Positions 1 through 12,410 of a stretch of DNA of 64,000 bases are shown here, piece by piece. The translations under genes and the position numbers were made by a program. Below the pieces are notes generated by a model. That model was given only the letters and a program-made list of their open reading frames with translations, was not told where the DNA came from and did no database searches. Source of the stretch: Eledone cirrhosa (taxonomy: Eukaryota). The stretch lies in NCBI GenBank assembly GCA_964016885.1, contig OZ024752.1, positions 22,320,001 through 22,384,000 on the forward strand, given 5' to 3'. Position 1 is the first letter of the stretch. Every line of letters starts with the position of its first letter.

Positions 1-111
1 TACACTGAGACAGGTCATAAAGAGGAACTCTACACTGAGACAGGTCATAAAGAGGAACTCCAAACTGAGACAGGTCATAAAGAGGAACTCTGGAATAATT
101 CAGTCATCCAG
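1..111 (+). CDS. OGFr-domain gene A, partial upstream exon with 30-bp coding repeat (YTETGHKEEL-type x3, then WNNSVIQ)
   Basis: Frame 1 is open and ends CAG|gtaaga at 111/112. Phase 0 matches the next exon at 6440. The exon runs off the left edge of the window. Confidence 0.6.
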
Positions 112-1019
112 GTAAGACACTTATGTTTAATAAGAAATATCTGAAAACTTTGCTGAGCCTCATTAATGAAAGATATATTCACTTTTCTAAAAAATAATTC
201 ATAGACAAAACGCCAGCACCAACAGTTTTGCAAGAGATGTCAACATGAATGGACCTGTTATTTTTATCTAAAGACATTTTTTCCAATTCCAACCCGCCCG
301 TCCCCTCAATCTATCTTATTTCTCATTCTTTCTTCTGATGAAGGACTAGCGTCCAAAACGTTAAGACCCTCTTCCTGCTATATCAAGCGTTAATCTAATA
401 TATCCCTTCCATATACTGTACTGATTGTGTTGTTATTTCTGTTTACCTTTTACTTATATATCTATATCTATATATATCATCATCATCATCATTTCATTTT
501 ACGTCCGCTTTTCCCTGCTCCCCCCCCCCCCCCTACATCATACTGGTTCGAGGCCAACCCCCCCCCCCCCCCTCTCTCTCCATATATAAGATAAATACTG
601 CAAGTACGAAAAATCAGAACAGCCAATTCCTATTCCGGATGGCTGCTTTCATGGCATAATGTAACATACAAATATTTCTTCATTCTTCTCACCATTTTAA
701 TTCCTTAGTCCATTCGTCATTCTCTATCATTTTCCCCCGAATCCAATCTTTGCCTTTCTACTCGATACTCTGTCGTATTTCCAAAACAAATCTTGTATTT
801 TTGTTTCATGCTTGTTAAATTATGCCCAAAATACGGGGATCTTATTTAAACCTTACCTTCTCGCTAACTACCCAATATCCCTCCCACCCGCCCCCACGCA
901 CCACCATTATTACGTGGACCAATCATAAGTCAGAGGCCTATACTATCACTTACCTGGTTGCCTTTCGATATGATGGATGGACTATGGAATTCTGGAGAGT
1001 TGAAAAGAAAAAACTGGAC

Positions 1020-4000
1020 GCTCAGTGACAATGCCAAAGATAAAGACAAATTCACCTCGTGGACGAGAATGCAAGCACTCCTCTTTGTTTCATCTGCGGA
1101 TGGCTAACATACCCCCCCCCCCCCGCGCCCCACCGCTCCCACCCTCCAAACGCAATCCAAAACTTCAGAGTTGGTACCATGAATGTAGGCACCACGAGGT
1201 TGTAGAAATGCTTGAACATAAGGAGGTCGATGTTTGTTGTATTCAATAGACCAGGTGGAGGGGTGGGTCTGCTAGATTCATCGTGGGTAAAGAACGATGC
1301 TATAAGCTTTTCTGGGTGGGAAATGACAATGGGCTGGGTGGAGTAGGATCATGGTAGCAGAAAAGTGGGCAGATAAGATAATAGATGTAAATAGAGTGAA
1401 CGACAGAATAATTAAAATAAGACTTGTCCTCAATAGAACTACGGTGACAGTAATATCTGCATACGCACCCCAATCCGGACTGCCCGGCACTATAAAAGAC
1501 AGATTCTATGAGACACTGATGCTCACTACCTCCCAAATAACCGACAGTGACTATATAATTATTGCAGGTGACCTAAATGGTCACGTTGGACAACGTTGTG
1601 ACGGCTATGACAGAATCCATGGAGGCTATGGGTTTGGTACTAGAAATGAGGAAGGCTCCAGAATGCTGGAATTCTGTGACGCAAATAACCTAACTATCTG
1701 TAACACTAACTTCAAAAAATGAGACAATCACTTGATCACCTATAGATTGGGGTAACACACAAGCCAGGTAGATTATATCCTTACCAGGAGACGTGACAGA
1801 GTGTCTGTTGTAAACACTAAATCCCTCCCCCATGAAGAATGCACGTCTCAACATAGCCTCATAATTAGCGACCTCATAGTCAGGACGAGACGTATTCGAC
1901 AACAGAAGAGGACTATCCTCAGGAGAAAAATATGGAAATTAAAGGACCCCACAACCAGTCATAAATTTAAAAGCATATTACTTGATGCTTTTGATAGTAA
2001 GGAAGAGCAATTAGAGTCGCACAATATAGAGGAACAGTGGGAATTCCTGAAAGCTAACCTGCTGAAGGCGACAGATGAAACCTGTGGCTGGAGCAGGCCT
2101 ATAGGCAGGAGGAGAGTAACTTGGTGGTGGAACAGTAAGGTGGAGAGGTCAATCAAGGTCAAAAAGCAGGCTTGGAAAGCATGGCGGGATGGAGGAAGTA
2201 GAGAAGACTATCAAGTGGCCAGGAGGGAAGCTAGGAGACAAGTGTACTTCGCAAGAAGGGAAGCAGAGGAAAGAAAGTTCAAGCATGTTCTACAACGCGA
2301 GGACCAAAAACGTGAGGTGTTCAGGATTGCTAGGCAATGTGTCAAGGAAAACAGTGATATTGTCGGGGAGAAGTGTGTCCTAAATGATGATGGTGTACTT
2401 GCCATCACTGACGCTGATAAGAAGGTAGCTTGGAAGTGTCACTACGAAAGTCTACTAAATGAGAAGAATAATTGGGAGAAAGAAAGTCTCCCCCACATCG
2501 ACCCAATAGAGGGACCAGCAGAGCAAGTTGAAGGTAGTATAATAAGTAAGGCGATCAAAGACATGAAGACGGGCAAGGCGGCCGGCCCTTCGGAAATAGT
2601 TGCCGAAATGCTGAAAGCATCTGGAACGGTGGGACACACTATGGTCACCCGGATAGTAAACCAAGTCATATAGAATGGGGTCGTTCCGAAGGACTGGCGT
2701 AGCATCATCATCATTAATTGCTACAAGGGTAAAGGTGATGCCCTAGATAGGGGAAACTATACAGGCATTAAATTAATTGACCAGGTCATGAAGGTCACAG
2801 AAAAAGTAATAGCGCAACTAATCAGATAGCGAATTGATCTAGATGAAATGCAGTTCGGGTTTGTGTCAGGTAAAAGTACAACAGATGCTCTTTTCATTGT
2901 ACGACAACTACAGGAGAAGTACCTAGCTAAAAGTAAACCCCTATACTTAGCTTTTGTTGACTTGGAGAAAGCCTTTGACAGAGTACCCCGCTCGATTAGC
3001 TGGTGGGCCCTTAGAAAACTAGGTGTTGATGAATGGCTTGTGAGAGCTATACAAGCCATGTATAAAGAAACAGTCAGCAAGGTTAGAATTAACAACGAAT
3101 ATAGTGAAGAGTTTAGCGTAAAAGTTGGTGTTCATCAGGGCTCCGTCCTTAGCCCCCTACTATTTATTATTGCCCTTCAGGCTATAACAGAGGAGTTCAA
3201 GACCGGCTGCCCATGGGAACTCCTATATGCAGATGATCTAACGCTCATAGCTGAATCAATGGCTGAACTAGAGAAGAAATTCCAAACATGGAAGCATGGC
3301 CTAGAATCAAAAGGCCTTAAAGTTAACTTGTCTAAGACTAAAGTTCTAGTTTGTAGGAAGGAAAATAGGGCACCGGTCCCATCTGGGAAATGGCCATGCT
3401 CAGTGTGTAGGAAAGGAATAGGTAGAAACTCCATTTTATGTCCCAAATGCAAAGTATGGGTACATAAAAGATGTAGTGGGATCACAGGTAAACTATCTAA
3501 GAATATAGATTTTATATGTGGCCGGTGCTCTGGTGCAATAAGTAGCAGCAAGTGCCCACAGAATACTAACTCATTCCATTGCACAGATGGTTCTATAGAA
3601 ATAGTGGACAGCTTCCGTTACCTGGGTGATAAAATCAGCAGTGGGGGAGGGTGCTCTGAAAGTACAGTAGCTAGGGTCAGAACGGGATGGAAAAAGTTCA
3701 GAGAGCTTATACCACTATTGGCCGCTAAAGGGTTCTCTCTAAAAATGAAAGGCAGGCTGTATGATGCCTGCATACGAACAGCAAAGTTACATGGCAGTGA
3801 GACCTGGACATTGTGTGGAGAGGATATACGCAGACTAGAGAGAAACAAAGCTTGCATGCTCCGCTGGATGTGTAATAGTAATATACGTGAACGGCAAAGC
3901 ATAAACGTACTAAGGGAGAAATTAGAAATAAGAGGGATCAGATGTTGTTTACTCGAGAGAAGACTACGTTGGTATGGTCACGTGATGCGCATGAAAGACG

Positions 4001-4569
4001 ACAGATGTATAAAAAAGTGCTGGGCAATAAAAATAGACGGTAGCCACGGAGTAGGCAGACCCAGAAAAATCTGGGACGACTTGATAAATTCCCACCTCAC
4101 ACACTTACACCTCTCCAAGACAATGTCACTCGACCGAGAGCTTTGGCGCTACACAGTAATAGAGAAGATCCGCCTTGCCTAAGTACAAAGTGAAATCTAC
4201 TACAGTCAGTAGGCACCTCTAACATAAATACACCCCGTCTCACTACCCCCACCCCATCCACACCAATGTAAAGTTATGTTGGTGTCACAACATCCAGCCC
4301 GAAACAAATGAGGTTGTGTAGGTGTCACGACAACAAAAACACAGTCCACGCTGTAATGTGGCCATGTAGGTAACACGGTAAAAACCTCCCAGTTCCACAC
4401 TGTAAATGTGGTTGGTGTTAGGAAGGGCATCCAGCCGTAGAAAACCCGCCAGACAGTCCTATGCGAGCAAGACAACCACTCTTGCCTCAAGTGGGAAAAC
4501 CCCCGTCCAAACCCATGCAAGCGTGGAATATGGACGTTAAACGATGATGATGATGATGATGATGATGAT
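1020..4569 (+). mobile_element. RTE-clade LINE, near full-length but decayed (APE endonuclease, RT, PHD-type finger, (GAT)n tail)
   Basis: Motifs SAYAPQ, GDLNGHVG, QFGF, FVDLEKAFD, GVHQGSVLSP, LLYADD and RRLRWYGHV. Several in-frame stops. 5' boundary approximate. Confidence 0.93.
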
Positions 4570-5427
4570 ATATAGCTCTTATAGGTAATGAAGGTAGTGA
4601 TTGTGGGTGGGGTGGGGTGGAGCACAAACTTAGAAGGCGAAGGGAGGAAAATTCTGGGGAGAAAGGATTGGAGAAGTGTTTAGTGCTAGATTAAAGGGAG
4701 ACAGGGTGAGAGATGAAGGAAAAGGTGAGACAAATGGGTTTAGGGTGGAAATGGTATAGAGCAAAGTTTAAAGGAGTAGTGACTGTTGTAGTGTAAGTGG
4801 TAGTGGAAGAAAGAGAGAAGGAGGGAGATAGAGAGTGAGAGAGAGAGGGGGGAGGGAGAGTACATAGTAACTTAATGACAGAGGGATCAGGAAACTATTG
4901 ATGAATAAATAGGCAACATAAAGAGACACAACATATAGCAATAAATAGTGGGAGCACTGTATAACGAACAATTATAAAGACGTAGTACTGGATTGAAGAC
5001 CACCTACAGGGGACAAAATCAGAAGTCCCTTACAGTTTAATTTCTCCCCTCTAGTAACCTTTTAAATTCTTCATATGTTGGTCTACAGGTAATTATTTGT
5101 GATGATCCACAGGTAATATGGTCCTCAAGTAATTACTTGATGTTCTACAGGTATATATCTATTGATGATCCACAGGTAATTATCTATTGGTGATCTACCT
5201 GTTGGTCCCAAGGTAACTACCTGTGGTTCGAATGTAATCTTTACAGTGAATAACACCCCTTTCACCTTTCATGGTGATCACAGGCATCCGATGTGAATCT
5301 TGGCAGACACCATAATTGCAAGGACCAGATCTTAGCATAAGATCTGATTTAGCCCTGTATCTGGCCAGAATTTTCTCATCTCTTTCTGTTCAAACCGACT
5401 ATAACCAGCTGCTCATACTTAAGTTAA

Positions 5428-5860
5428 CCCTTTAGCATTTAAACCAGCTATATCCAGCCAGAATTCTCTCATCTCTTTCGGTTCAAACCAGCCATAACTG
5501 ACTGCTAATACTAACATTAAGGTATTGTTCTCAAAATAAATAACATCAAAATCTTGTAGCTTCGGTATTATGTGAGATAATTATGTAAGTTAAAGCCTTT
5601 GCCACAAAAATACAATAGTAAATATAGAGTAATGTAAATGCTAAAGGGTTAACTCTTTAACATTTAAACTGGCATATCCAGCCAGAATTCTCTCATCTCT
5701 TTCTGTTCAAACCGACCATAACCGGCTGCTCATACTTATGTTAAGGTATTGTTCTTAAAAATATATAATATCAAAATTTTGTAGATTCGATATTATGTGA
5801 GATAAAGTGTTTACCATGAAAATACAATAGTATATATAGAGTAATGTAAATGTTAAAGGG
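5428..5860. mobile_element. Two tandem piggyBac-type MITEs (5428-5648, 5653-5860)
   Basis: TTAA|CCCTTTAGCATTTA...TAAATGCTAAAGGG|TTAA termini, with one TTAA shared between the copies. Confidence 0.8.
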
Positions 5861-6439
5861 TTAATCATGCCATATTTTTGGCTGTCCACCTTTACTGTTT
5901 ACACATCTATTAAGGGGCTTTGGCTCAACTGCATCACAGATTAATTCACCTTGTAGGTGGCATAGTTGGGAACTAAACCAATCAATTAAGTTGCTGGAGA
6001 GAGTTGATAATAATCACAAATTTCAGAATCCCCTGCATAAACATGGAAAATTTGGTGAAGGCAATAGTGGTGGAAACTTTCCAACTTGCATAAATCTGTT
6101 ACTTGCATTGTCCACATCTCAAAGCTGAAGTATGGTGTTAATGTCACTTTTCACAGAAGGATCATGTAAATAAGCAATCAACAGATGCAGATTTTTGTGG
6201 CCTGATAGATGTCTGACCTAAACCAGAAGCTAGCTTTGAAAACGATAGAAATCAGTGTATGTTTGATGTAGATATCTATCTCCTCTTTACTTTTGCCTGT
6301 GGCAGTGAAGACAGTGCTGAGCTACTGGGTGGAATTAAACAGACATGGCCATAATTATAATAATTAAATGTTGCCATTTAACAAAAAATATATTGTCTGA
6401 TGAGGAATATCACGGTTTCTTCTGTTTTCCAATGTTTAG

Positions 6440-6542
6440 CCAATGATAAACAATCGTAAGCAAACATTCCCTGATTCGACTAAGGAAAAATGCTATCCAA
6501 ATCTGGAATTTTACAAAAATATCAGAAAATCTCAACCAAATG
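6440..6542 (+). CDS. OGFR-like: OGFr-domain gene A exon (PMINNRKQTFPDSTKEKCYPNLEFYKNIRKSQPNG)
   Basis: Acceptor tgtttag| and donor G|gtaagt. YPNLxFYxN...PNG matches the start of the OGFr_N domain. Confidence 0.85.
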
Positions 6543-6589
6543 GTAAGTCAGTCAATAACCCATCTTTAAATTTAATTTTCTCGTATTAA

Positions 6590-6803
6590 CCCTTTTGTTA
6601 CCTATTTCTAATGAAATACACTGCCTATGATTTAAATAGTCAAGAATTTGGAGATATTTAGTAATATAAGCAATCTTTTCATTATAAATCTGGTGTTTGG
6701 AACATAACCTAACAAAGGTTTTTACATAAAATTAGATAAATATGTTTTATAACAAATAGTTTTGTATCATGGAACCAGGCAAGGTTGTTTGGTATCAAAA
6801 GGG
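6590..6803. mobile_element. piggyBac-type MITE, second family
   Basis: TTAA|CCCTTTTGTTACC...GGTATCAAAAGGG|TTAA. Confidence 0.7.
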
Positions 6804-6826
6804 TTAAGAAAAGACTAAAAAGAAGT

Positions 6827-7019
6827 ATAACCTTACCCCACTGAAACCACAGATTCTTGTCTGATCACCAAAGTTAAGCAATGTCATACCTAATTAGTAT
6901 TTAGATGGTTGACCACTTGGGAAACCTTGGTGCTGTAAGCATCTCCAATTAAATATTTCAACGGCAGTGCCCCAACATGGCCTAGCCAGTCGGCTGGAGC
7001 AGTTAAAAGAATAAAAGAG
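6827..7019 (+). mobile_element. 5S rRNA-derived sequence with SINE-like tail (SINE3 or 5S pseudogene)
   Basis: gtctgatc..aagttaagca..ttagtatttagatgg..gaccacttgggaa...gtgctgtaagc follows 5S rRNA. It is followed by a short tail ending aaaagaataaaaga. Confidence 0.7.
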
Positions 7020-7060
7020 TATCTGGCGGAGGAGAAACAATTCCCATCATGTTTATAACC

Positions 7061-7425
7061 CAGTGGTTCTCAACCTTTTGTGCACCATGCCCCAACCCAA
7101 CATCTCAAAAATTGTTATCCCCCCTCCTCCTGAACTTGATATGAAAATACACCCCTTTGTTATGAAAACAGAGATGATCAACAGCAAAGTATAAACAAAT
7201 TGGCATATAGTTGGTGCCACATGGCATAATAACATGTGTGGAGGAGGTGAGACAGAAGTTTCTGACAGTAATATGTACCAAAGTTACCTTGGTGTAAAAG
7301 TAATAAGGTAAAATCTGAAGTTTGTTCTCATTAACATCATTTTCAAATTTTCCCACCCCTATAAATATTCAAATTGCCCCCCCCCCCCCACCTGTGATGC
7401 ATGACCCCCATTTAGGGAATCATTG
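7061..7425. mobile_element. hAT (Charlie-like) MITE
   Basis: Left end CAGTGGTTCTCAACCTTTT; decayed right end TTTAGGGAATCATTG. Confidence 0.55.
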
Positions 7426-7519
7426 TTGTACTCTGTTGTGTTCAACTGGTGAGATTGAGGTGATCAAAGTTCAGTTTGGACTTGTTTGGGAAAAACATGA
7501 GCAGAGAGAGAACTCTTAA

Positions 7520-8200
7520 CAATGATGAAGAAGATGATGGTAGTGGTGGTGGTGCTGGTGGTGATGGTGGTGGTGGTGATGCTGGTGGTGATGGTGATGA
7601 TGATGGCAGTGGTGATGGTGGTGGTGGTGGTGGGGGGGTGATTTATGACAATGGTGATGATGGTGGTGGTGGTGGTGATGGCGGTGATGATGATGATGGC
7701 AGTGGTGATGGTGGTTGTGGGGGTGGTGATTTATGACAATGGTGGTGATGGTGATGGTGGTGGTGGGGGTGGTGATTTATGACAATGGTGGTGATGGCAG
7801 TGGTGGTGGTGCTGGTGGTGGTGGTGGTGCTGGTGGTGATGATGATGGCAGTGGTGATGGTGTTGGTGGAGGTGGTGATTTATGACAATGGTGGTGATGG
7901 CTGTAGTGGTGGTGGTGATGGTGGTAGTGGTGGTGGTGGTGGGGGGGGGGGGTGATTTATGACAATGGTGGTGATGGTAGTGGTGGTGATGGTGGGGGTG
8001 GTGATTTATGACAATGGTGGTGATGGCGGTGGTGGTGGTGCTGGTGGTGGTGGTGATGGTGGTGATGATGATGGCAGTGGAGATGGTGGTGGTGGGGGTG
8101 GTGATTTATGACAATGGTGGTGATGGTGGTGATGGTGGTGGTGGTGGGGGGGGGGGTGATTTATGACAATGGTGGTGATGGTGGCGGTAGTGATGATGAT
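7520..8200. repeat. Compound (GGT/GAT) microsatellite with recurring gtgatttatgacaatggtggtgatgg unit
   Basis: Directly visible in the sequence. Confidence 0.9.
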
Positions 8201-8274
8201 CTGCCATATCTGGGTTCTATCAAGAAGGAAAATACTCATTTATTTTCATTTCATTTTTATCTTCATATTACCAG

Positions 8275-8353
8275 GAGATCTTATAGAAAATATTTTAAAG
8301 AGCTGGTTTACCGACTACAAGAAACTGGAGGAACATCATGGCTATATCCAGTG
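8275..8353 (+). CDS. OGFR-like: OGFr-domain gene A exon (DLIENILKSWFTDYKKLEEHHGYIQW), GC donor
   Basis: Acceptor ttaccag|; carries the HxYIQW motif. At 79 nt it equals the paralogous exon 42660-42738. Donor is TG|gcaagt. Confidence 0.9.
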
Positions 8354-8703
8354 GCAAGTATTGATGTTTAGGCTACTTTGATTATGAGGAAAATACTTAT
8401 AGCTAATATATATATTTTACACCTCCCTTCCACTTCCGCCCACACCACCCTTACTCTGTAAAGTTATATTGGTACCACAAAACATCCAGTGGTCGTGTAG
8501 GAGACATGACAAAAAGCATCCAGCACACACAGTAAATGTGGTTGGCATTAGGAAGGGCATCCAGTCGTAGAAAACCAGCCAGAAATAGTCCTACATGAGC
8601 AAGACACGATCACCCGACTCAATTTGCCTCAAATGGGACAAACCCACTTAACCCATGCTAGCATGAAAAATAAATGTTAAACAATGAGGTTGATATATAT
8701 ATA

Positions 8704-9222
8704 CGAGGGGACTTCAAAATGTTTGTGGAAAAAGTACATAGCTAAAAATTCTATGCAAGGATTTTGATCTCAATGCACCTGTATGTTCCCGTACTAATGT
8801 GTCATAACATATTCTAACATGAACCCTTAAATGCATGTTGCAATGTGGCGCCGCCAGTCAGAAGCTACCACCCTCTCAAGCAACATGGCTGCCATCAAAA
8901 CATCAAATTCATGGTGGCAGAGCAGCCAAATCATTGACGCTCTGGAGCAAGTTTATGGGGACAATGTCCCAAAGAAATCAACAATCTACAAATGGATATG
9001 TCGTTTTAGAAGTGGAAGGGATGAGGCTAAAGATGATCCCCAGTTGAAGATGTAAAAATAGCTGCTTTGACGTGGTTTAAATCACATGGCCCTCAGTTTT
9101 TCACAGATGGGCTTAAAGGCTGGTATCAATGCTTGCTGAAGTGTATTGATCTAGGTGGAGCATCATAATTTAAACCGTTTCTTCACATGTCCTTTTTCCA
9201 CAAACCTTTTGAAAGCCCCTTG
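8704..9222 (+). mobile_element. Internally deleted mariner transposon
   Basis: TA-flanked TIRs of about 30 bp (CGAGGGGACTTCAAAATGTTTGTGGAAAAAG). Transposase HTH remnant ALEQVYGDNVPKKSTIYKWICRFRSG and a C-terminal KCIDLGG remnant. Confidence 0.85.
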
Positions 9223-9599
9223 TATGTACATACATGAGCTTCAACACATACACACACGCATGCATGCACCCACACGTACATGAACACACACACATATACA
9301 CATGCACACGCATATACATGTACATGCACACACACACACATGAACACACATACACATACATATACATACACTTAATTTGAATTATTGATGCTCTGGACAA
9401 ATGTCCATTGAGCTTTTATACTGAGAAACATAATCATCATACATATTATATATGTTGTGATACTTTAAATTAGTGTATAGGATAAGGATAAAAATGTCAT
9501 AACTCCTTGTGGAGGCACTGTCATACAGCATGTCTAGGGCACTTTTAAATCTGGCAGAGCCCAACCCTCTCCAGGTCTGAACACAGCCAATTTTTTCTA

Positions 9600-9763
9600 T
9601 AGAGAAAGAATTGATCCCAGTACTGGACTGGTACTTTTTTTATCGACCTTGAAAGGATGAAAGGCAAAGTTGACCTCGGCGGGATTTGAACTCAGAGTAT
9701 GCAATGAGGTGGGACGAACACCATTCTATCCGTCGTCTTAACAACTCTGCCAATTCACCACCT
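9600..9763 (-). mobile_element. tRNA-derived SINE (Nin-domain-like family)
   Basis: Reverse complement of gagttcaaatcccgccgaggtcaactttgcctttcatcc...gtcgataaaa..agtaccag. Confidence 0.75.
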
Positions 9764-10259
9764 TAGTATAATTCTGCTTCAAATTCTTAATTTGTTGAAT
9801 TGCTCATACAGTAGTAGTACTTCGCACCACTTTCTATTGGCTATCACATCCAGTCCTATTTATATCTGCTGCCAAAGTTAAAACATTCTTCACACCACCA
9901 GGTATGGTTTGACTACTTATCGGAACATAACAGATATAAAGGTATTTTTGTACTTTATTGGAACTTATCAAAAGACGGTTTCCTCGGCTGATTAGATCTG
10001 CATCTTCTGTAGCTCTACTAAAATTGATAGTTGGTAACTGATAATCGATTGCTTAGATCAATTTTTGCTTTGGTTTATGAACTATGAAATGGTACCGTAA
10101 GGAAAATAACAACCTTTCCACCTTAAAGTATGTACTTTTTCATAAATATTATATGCTTTATATATATTTACAAAATATTATGTTTCTCTAACGATATATA
10201 ACTCTTTCTCTCTATATATATCCTTTAATTTGAATTATATATATATATATATATATATG

Positions 10260-10600
10260 TGCAATGTAAATGTGTGAGTTAGGCAGAGCTGAAAGAGAAG
10301 CTGGGTTTAAGGGGAATCTGAGGTGGTATGCAGCAGAAAAGCCTGCATTGGTATGTACATGTGATGCGCATGGACAATCACCGATGGGTGAAGAAATGCC
10401 AGGAAATCCCAGTGGAAGGAAACCGCAGTAGAGAACAATCAGGAAAGACCTTGGCAGAGGTTGTGTGAGCTGACTTCAAATCGCTAAGACTGGCAGAGAA
10501 GATGACAAAGGAACGTGACAAGTAGAGAGATGCCATGCCTAGAAGGACCCATCCAACCCATGCAAGCATGGAAAAACAGACGTAAAAATGATGATGATGA
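10260..10600 (+). mobile_element. RTE LINE 3' fragment
   Basis: Decayed LxWYxHVMR C-terminus and (GAT)n tail. Confidence 0.75.
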
Positions 10601-10619
10601 TATATATATATATGATCAT

Positions 10620-10995
10620 GGAGGCACATGGCTTAGTGGTTAGAGCATTGGCCTTGCAATCGAAAGGTTGTGAGTTCAATTCTCAGACCGGGTGATGTGT
10701 TGTTTCCTTGAGCAAGACACTTTATTTCACATTGCTCCAGTTTACTCAGCTGTAGAAATGAGATGATAGGGACTGGGGTCCCTATCATTCCACTGCAAAG
10801 TGGTCGTGGAGGTGCCACAGCAAAAAAGCACCCAGCCCCACTGTAAAGTGGACATGTAGACGCCACAGCAAAAAAGCACCCAGCACTCACTGTAAATGAG
10901 GTTGGTGTTAGGAAGGGCATCCAACGGTAGAAATCAAGCCAGAATCAGTTCCTGTCCCACCCTTGCAAGCAGGGAAAAGTGGACATAAAATGATG
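10620..10995 (+). mobile_element. tRNA-derived CORE-like SINE with RTE-type 3' tail
   Basis: A box TGGCTTAGTGG and B box GAGTTCAATTC. CORE-like ccttgagcaagacacttt...ctgtagaaatg. Tail ends aaatgatgat. Confidence 0.8.
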
Positions 10996-11007
10996 ATATA
11001 TATATAT

Positions 11008-11238
11008 AATAAGAACAAAGTCGAGGTGTTACATATGAGAGTTATTGCTTAACCCAGTTACAAATGTTTCCCAGGCAGCTGGCTCGTGATCTGGGGTCAT
11101 CACAGGTAAGCCTGAGGATCAGACTTGGAGTCTGGTCTGGGATGATGACCCCAGATCATGAGCCAGCTGCCTAGGAAACACTTGTAACTGGGTTAAGCAA
11201 TAAATCTCATATGTAACACCTCTACTTTGTTCTTATAT
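11008..11238. repeat. Inverted repeat with arms of about 95 bp, probable Penelope pseudo-LTR foldback
   Basis: Near-perfect arms beside (TA)n, containing a TGATGA...GAAAC..GTA hammerhead remnant. Confidence 0.7.
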
Positions 11239-11699
11239 ACACTCTGCTCTGCATCGAGTGCTGACATTGGTACTTTAGCAGAAAAATAATATTATGCGGT
11301 GTTGGTATAATATTAATACAAAAGTTTAATTATGCTGTGTTGGCACAATAAGAATAAGATTGAATTATTGTTATTTGTTGTAGTAGCACATGAGGAGTTG
11401 TCAGGCTAATTGTTATAGTGAGAAATGTAACGTAGTTGAAAGTAAAATGTATGTTTGAATTAAAGAGGAATGTAAGAAGTTGTTGTAGTTCGGTAGTAGG
11501 TTTTGTAGCCATGAAAGAAGTATATCTGCCGCTGTAGTGATAACAACCTTGGGAAAGGATTTTTCCCTTATCGCGTCGAGGTGTTGGCTGTGGTAAAAAT
11601 ATTACAAGACTTTATAATATTTTACAAGTTTTATTTACAACCGATTACAAAGTAGAGCTGAATTGACATGTCATATAAAAAGGAACAAACAAACAAACA

Positions 11700-12410
11700 A
11701 ACTGGTTGGTAGGTTGGTTCCACAACCAGATAGTTGTTTATATATTGTCAAAGTTCTTTCGTCACACATTCTGTGACCTCTTCAGTAAAACTAGAAATGT
11801 AGTGTATAGCATAAGATGTACTGAAGGACAATGTAGAGACAAAAATATAGTGTACATGGGTGAGGCAGCTCGTAGTGTGGGGGAGCGGATAGATGAACAC
11901 TGGCGAGACCTTCAAGATAGTGAAGAATCATCTGTACTCTACCAACATGCTAAAATAGAACATAAGGGTAAATTAGAGAACATAGAAATAAAAATAAAAT
12001 CTACACACAGAAAAGACGCAATGTTTAATCAAATCACAGAGGCAATAAACATAAAAGAATTACAACCAAAATTAAATAGAAAATATGAGTGGAACAGCAA
12101 CATTACAACTTACAATTAAGGACAAAATGAAAACACACACACACATAGAACAAACAACCAACCTGTAACATGTAAATAAACAAATAAATAAACAAATATA
12201 AACACACACAGACACCCGGATGTGGCGCAGGCACAGACTGAGCACACAACACACACACAGAAACAAAATGGCATAGGACAGAACAAAGGAGAGGCACAAA
12301 AACAAAGAAAAGAATCCCCAGTCACTGAAGAGGTCACAGAATGTGTGACGAAAGAACTTTGACAATATATAAACAACTATCTGGTTGTGGAACCAACCAA
12401 CCAACCAGAA
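11700..12410 (+). mobile_element. Penelope-like element 3' fragment (GIY-YIG endonuclease plus pLTR with inverted copy)
   Basis: VVYSIRC..C...YMGEAAR...R..EH...H...H...EA..I....P.LN. 11700-11785 is an inverted copy of 12322-12410. Confidence 0.85.
12321..12363 (+). ncRNA. Minimal type I hammerhead ribozyme motif
   Basis: gtca-CTGAAGA-g-gtcac(agaatgt)gtgac-GAAA-gaactt-tgac; stems I and II are complementary. Confidence 0.65.

Noticed and set aside
7476-8371. Gly/Asp-rich and His/Pro-rich ORFs
   Set aside because: Microsatellite translations. Only 8275-8353 has splice and motif support.
10620-10700. Functional tRNA gene
   Set aside because: A and B boxes are present, but the sequence runs into a repeated SINE body found three times in the window.
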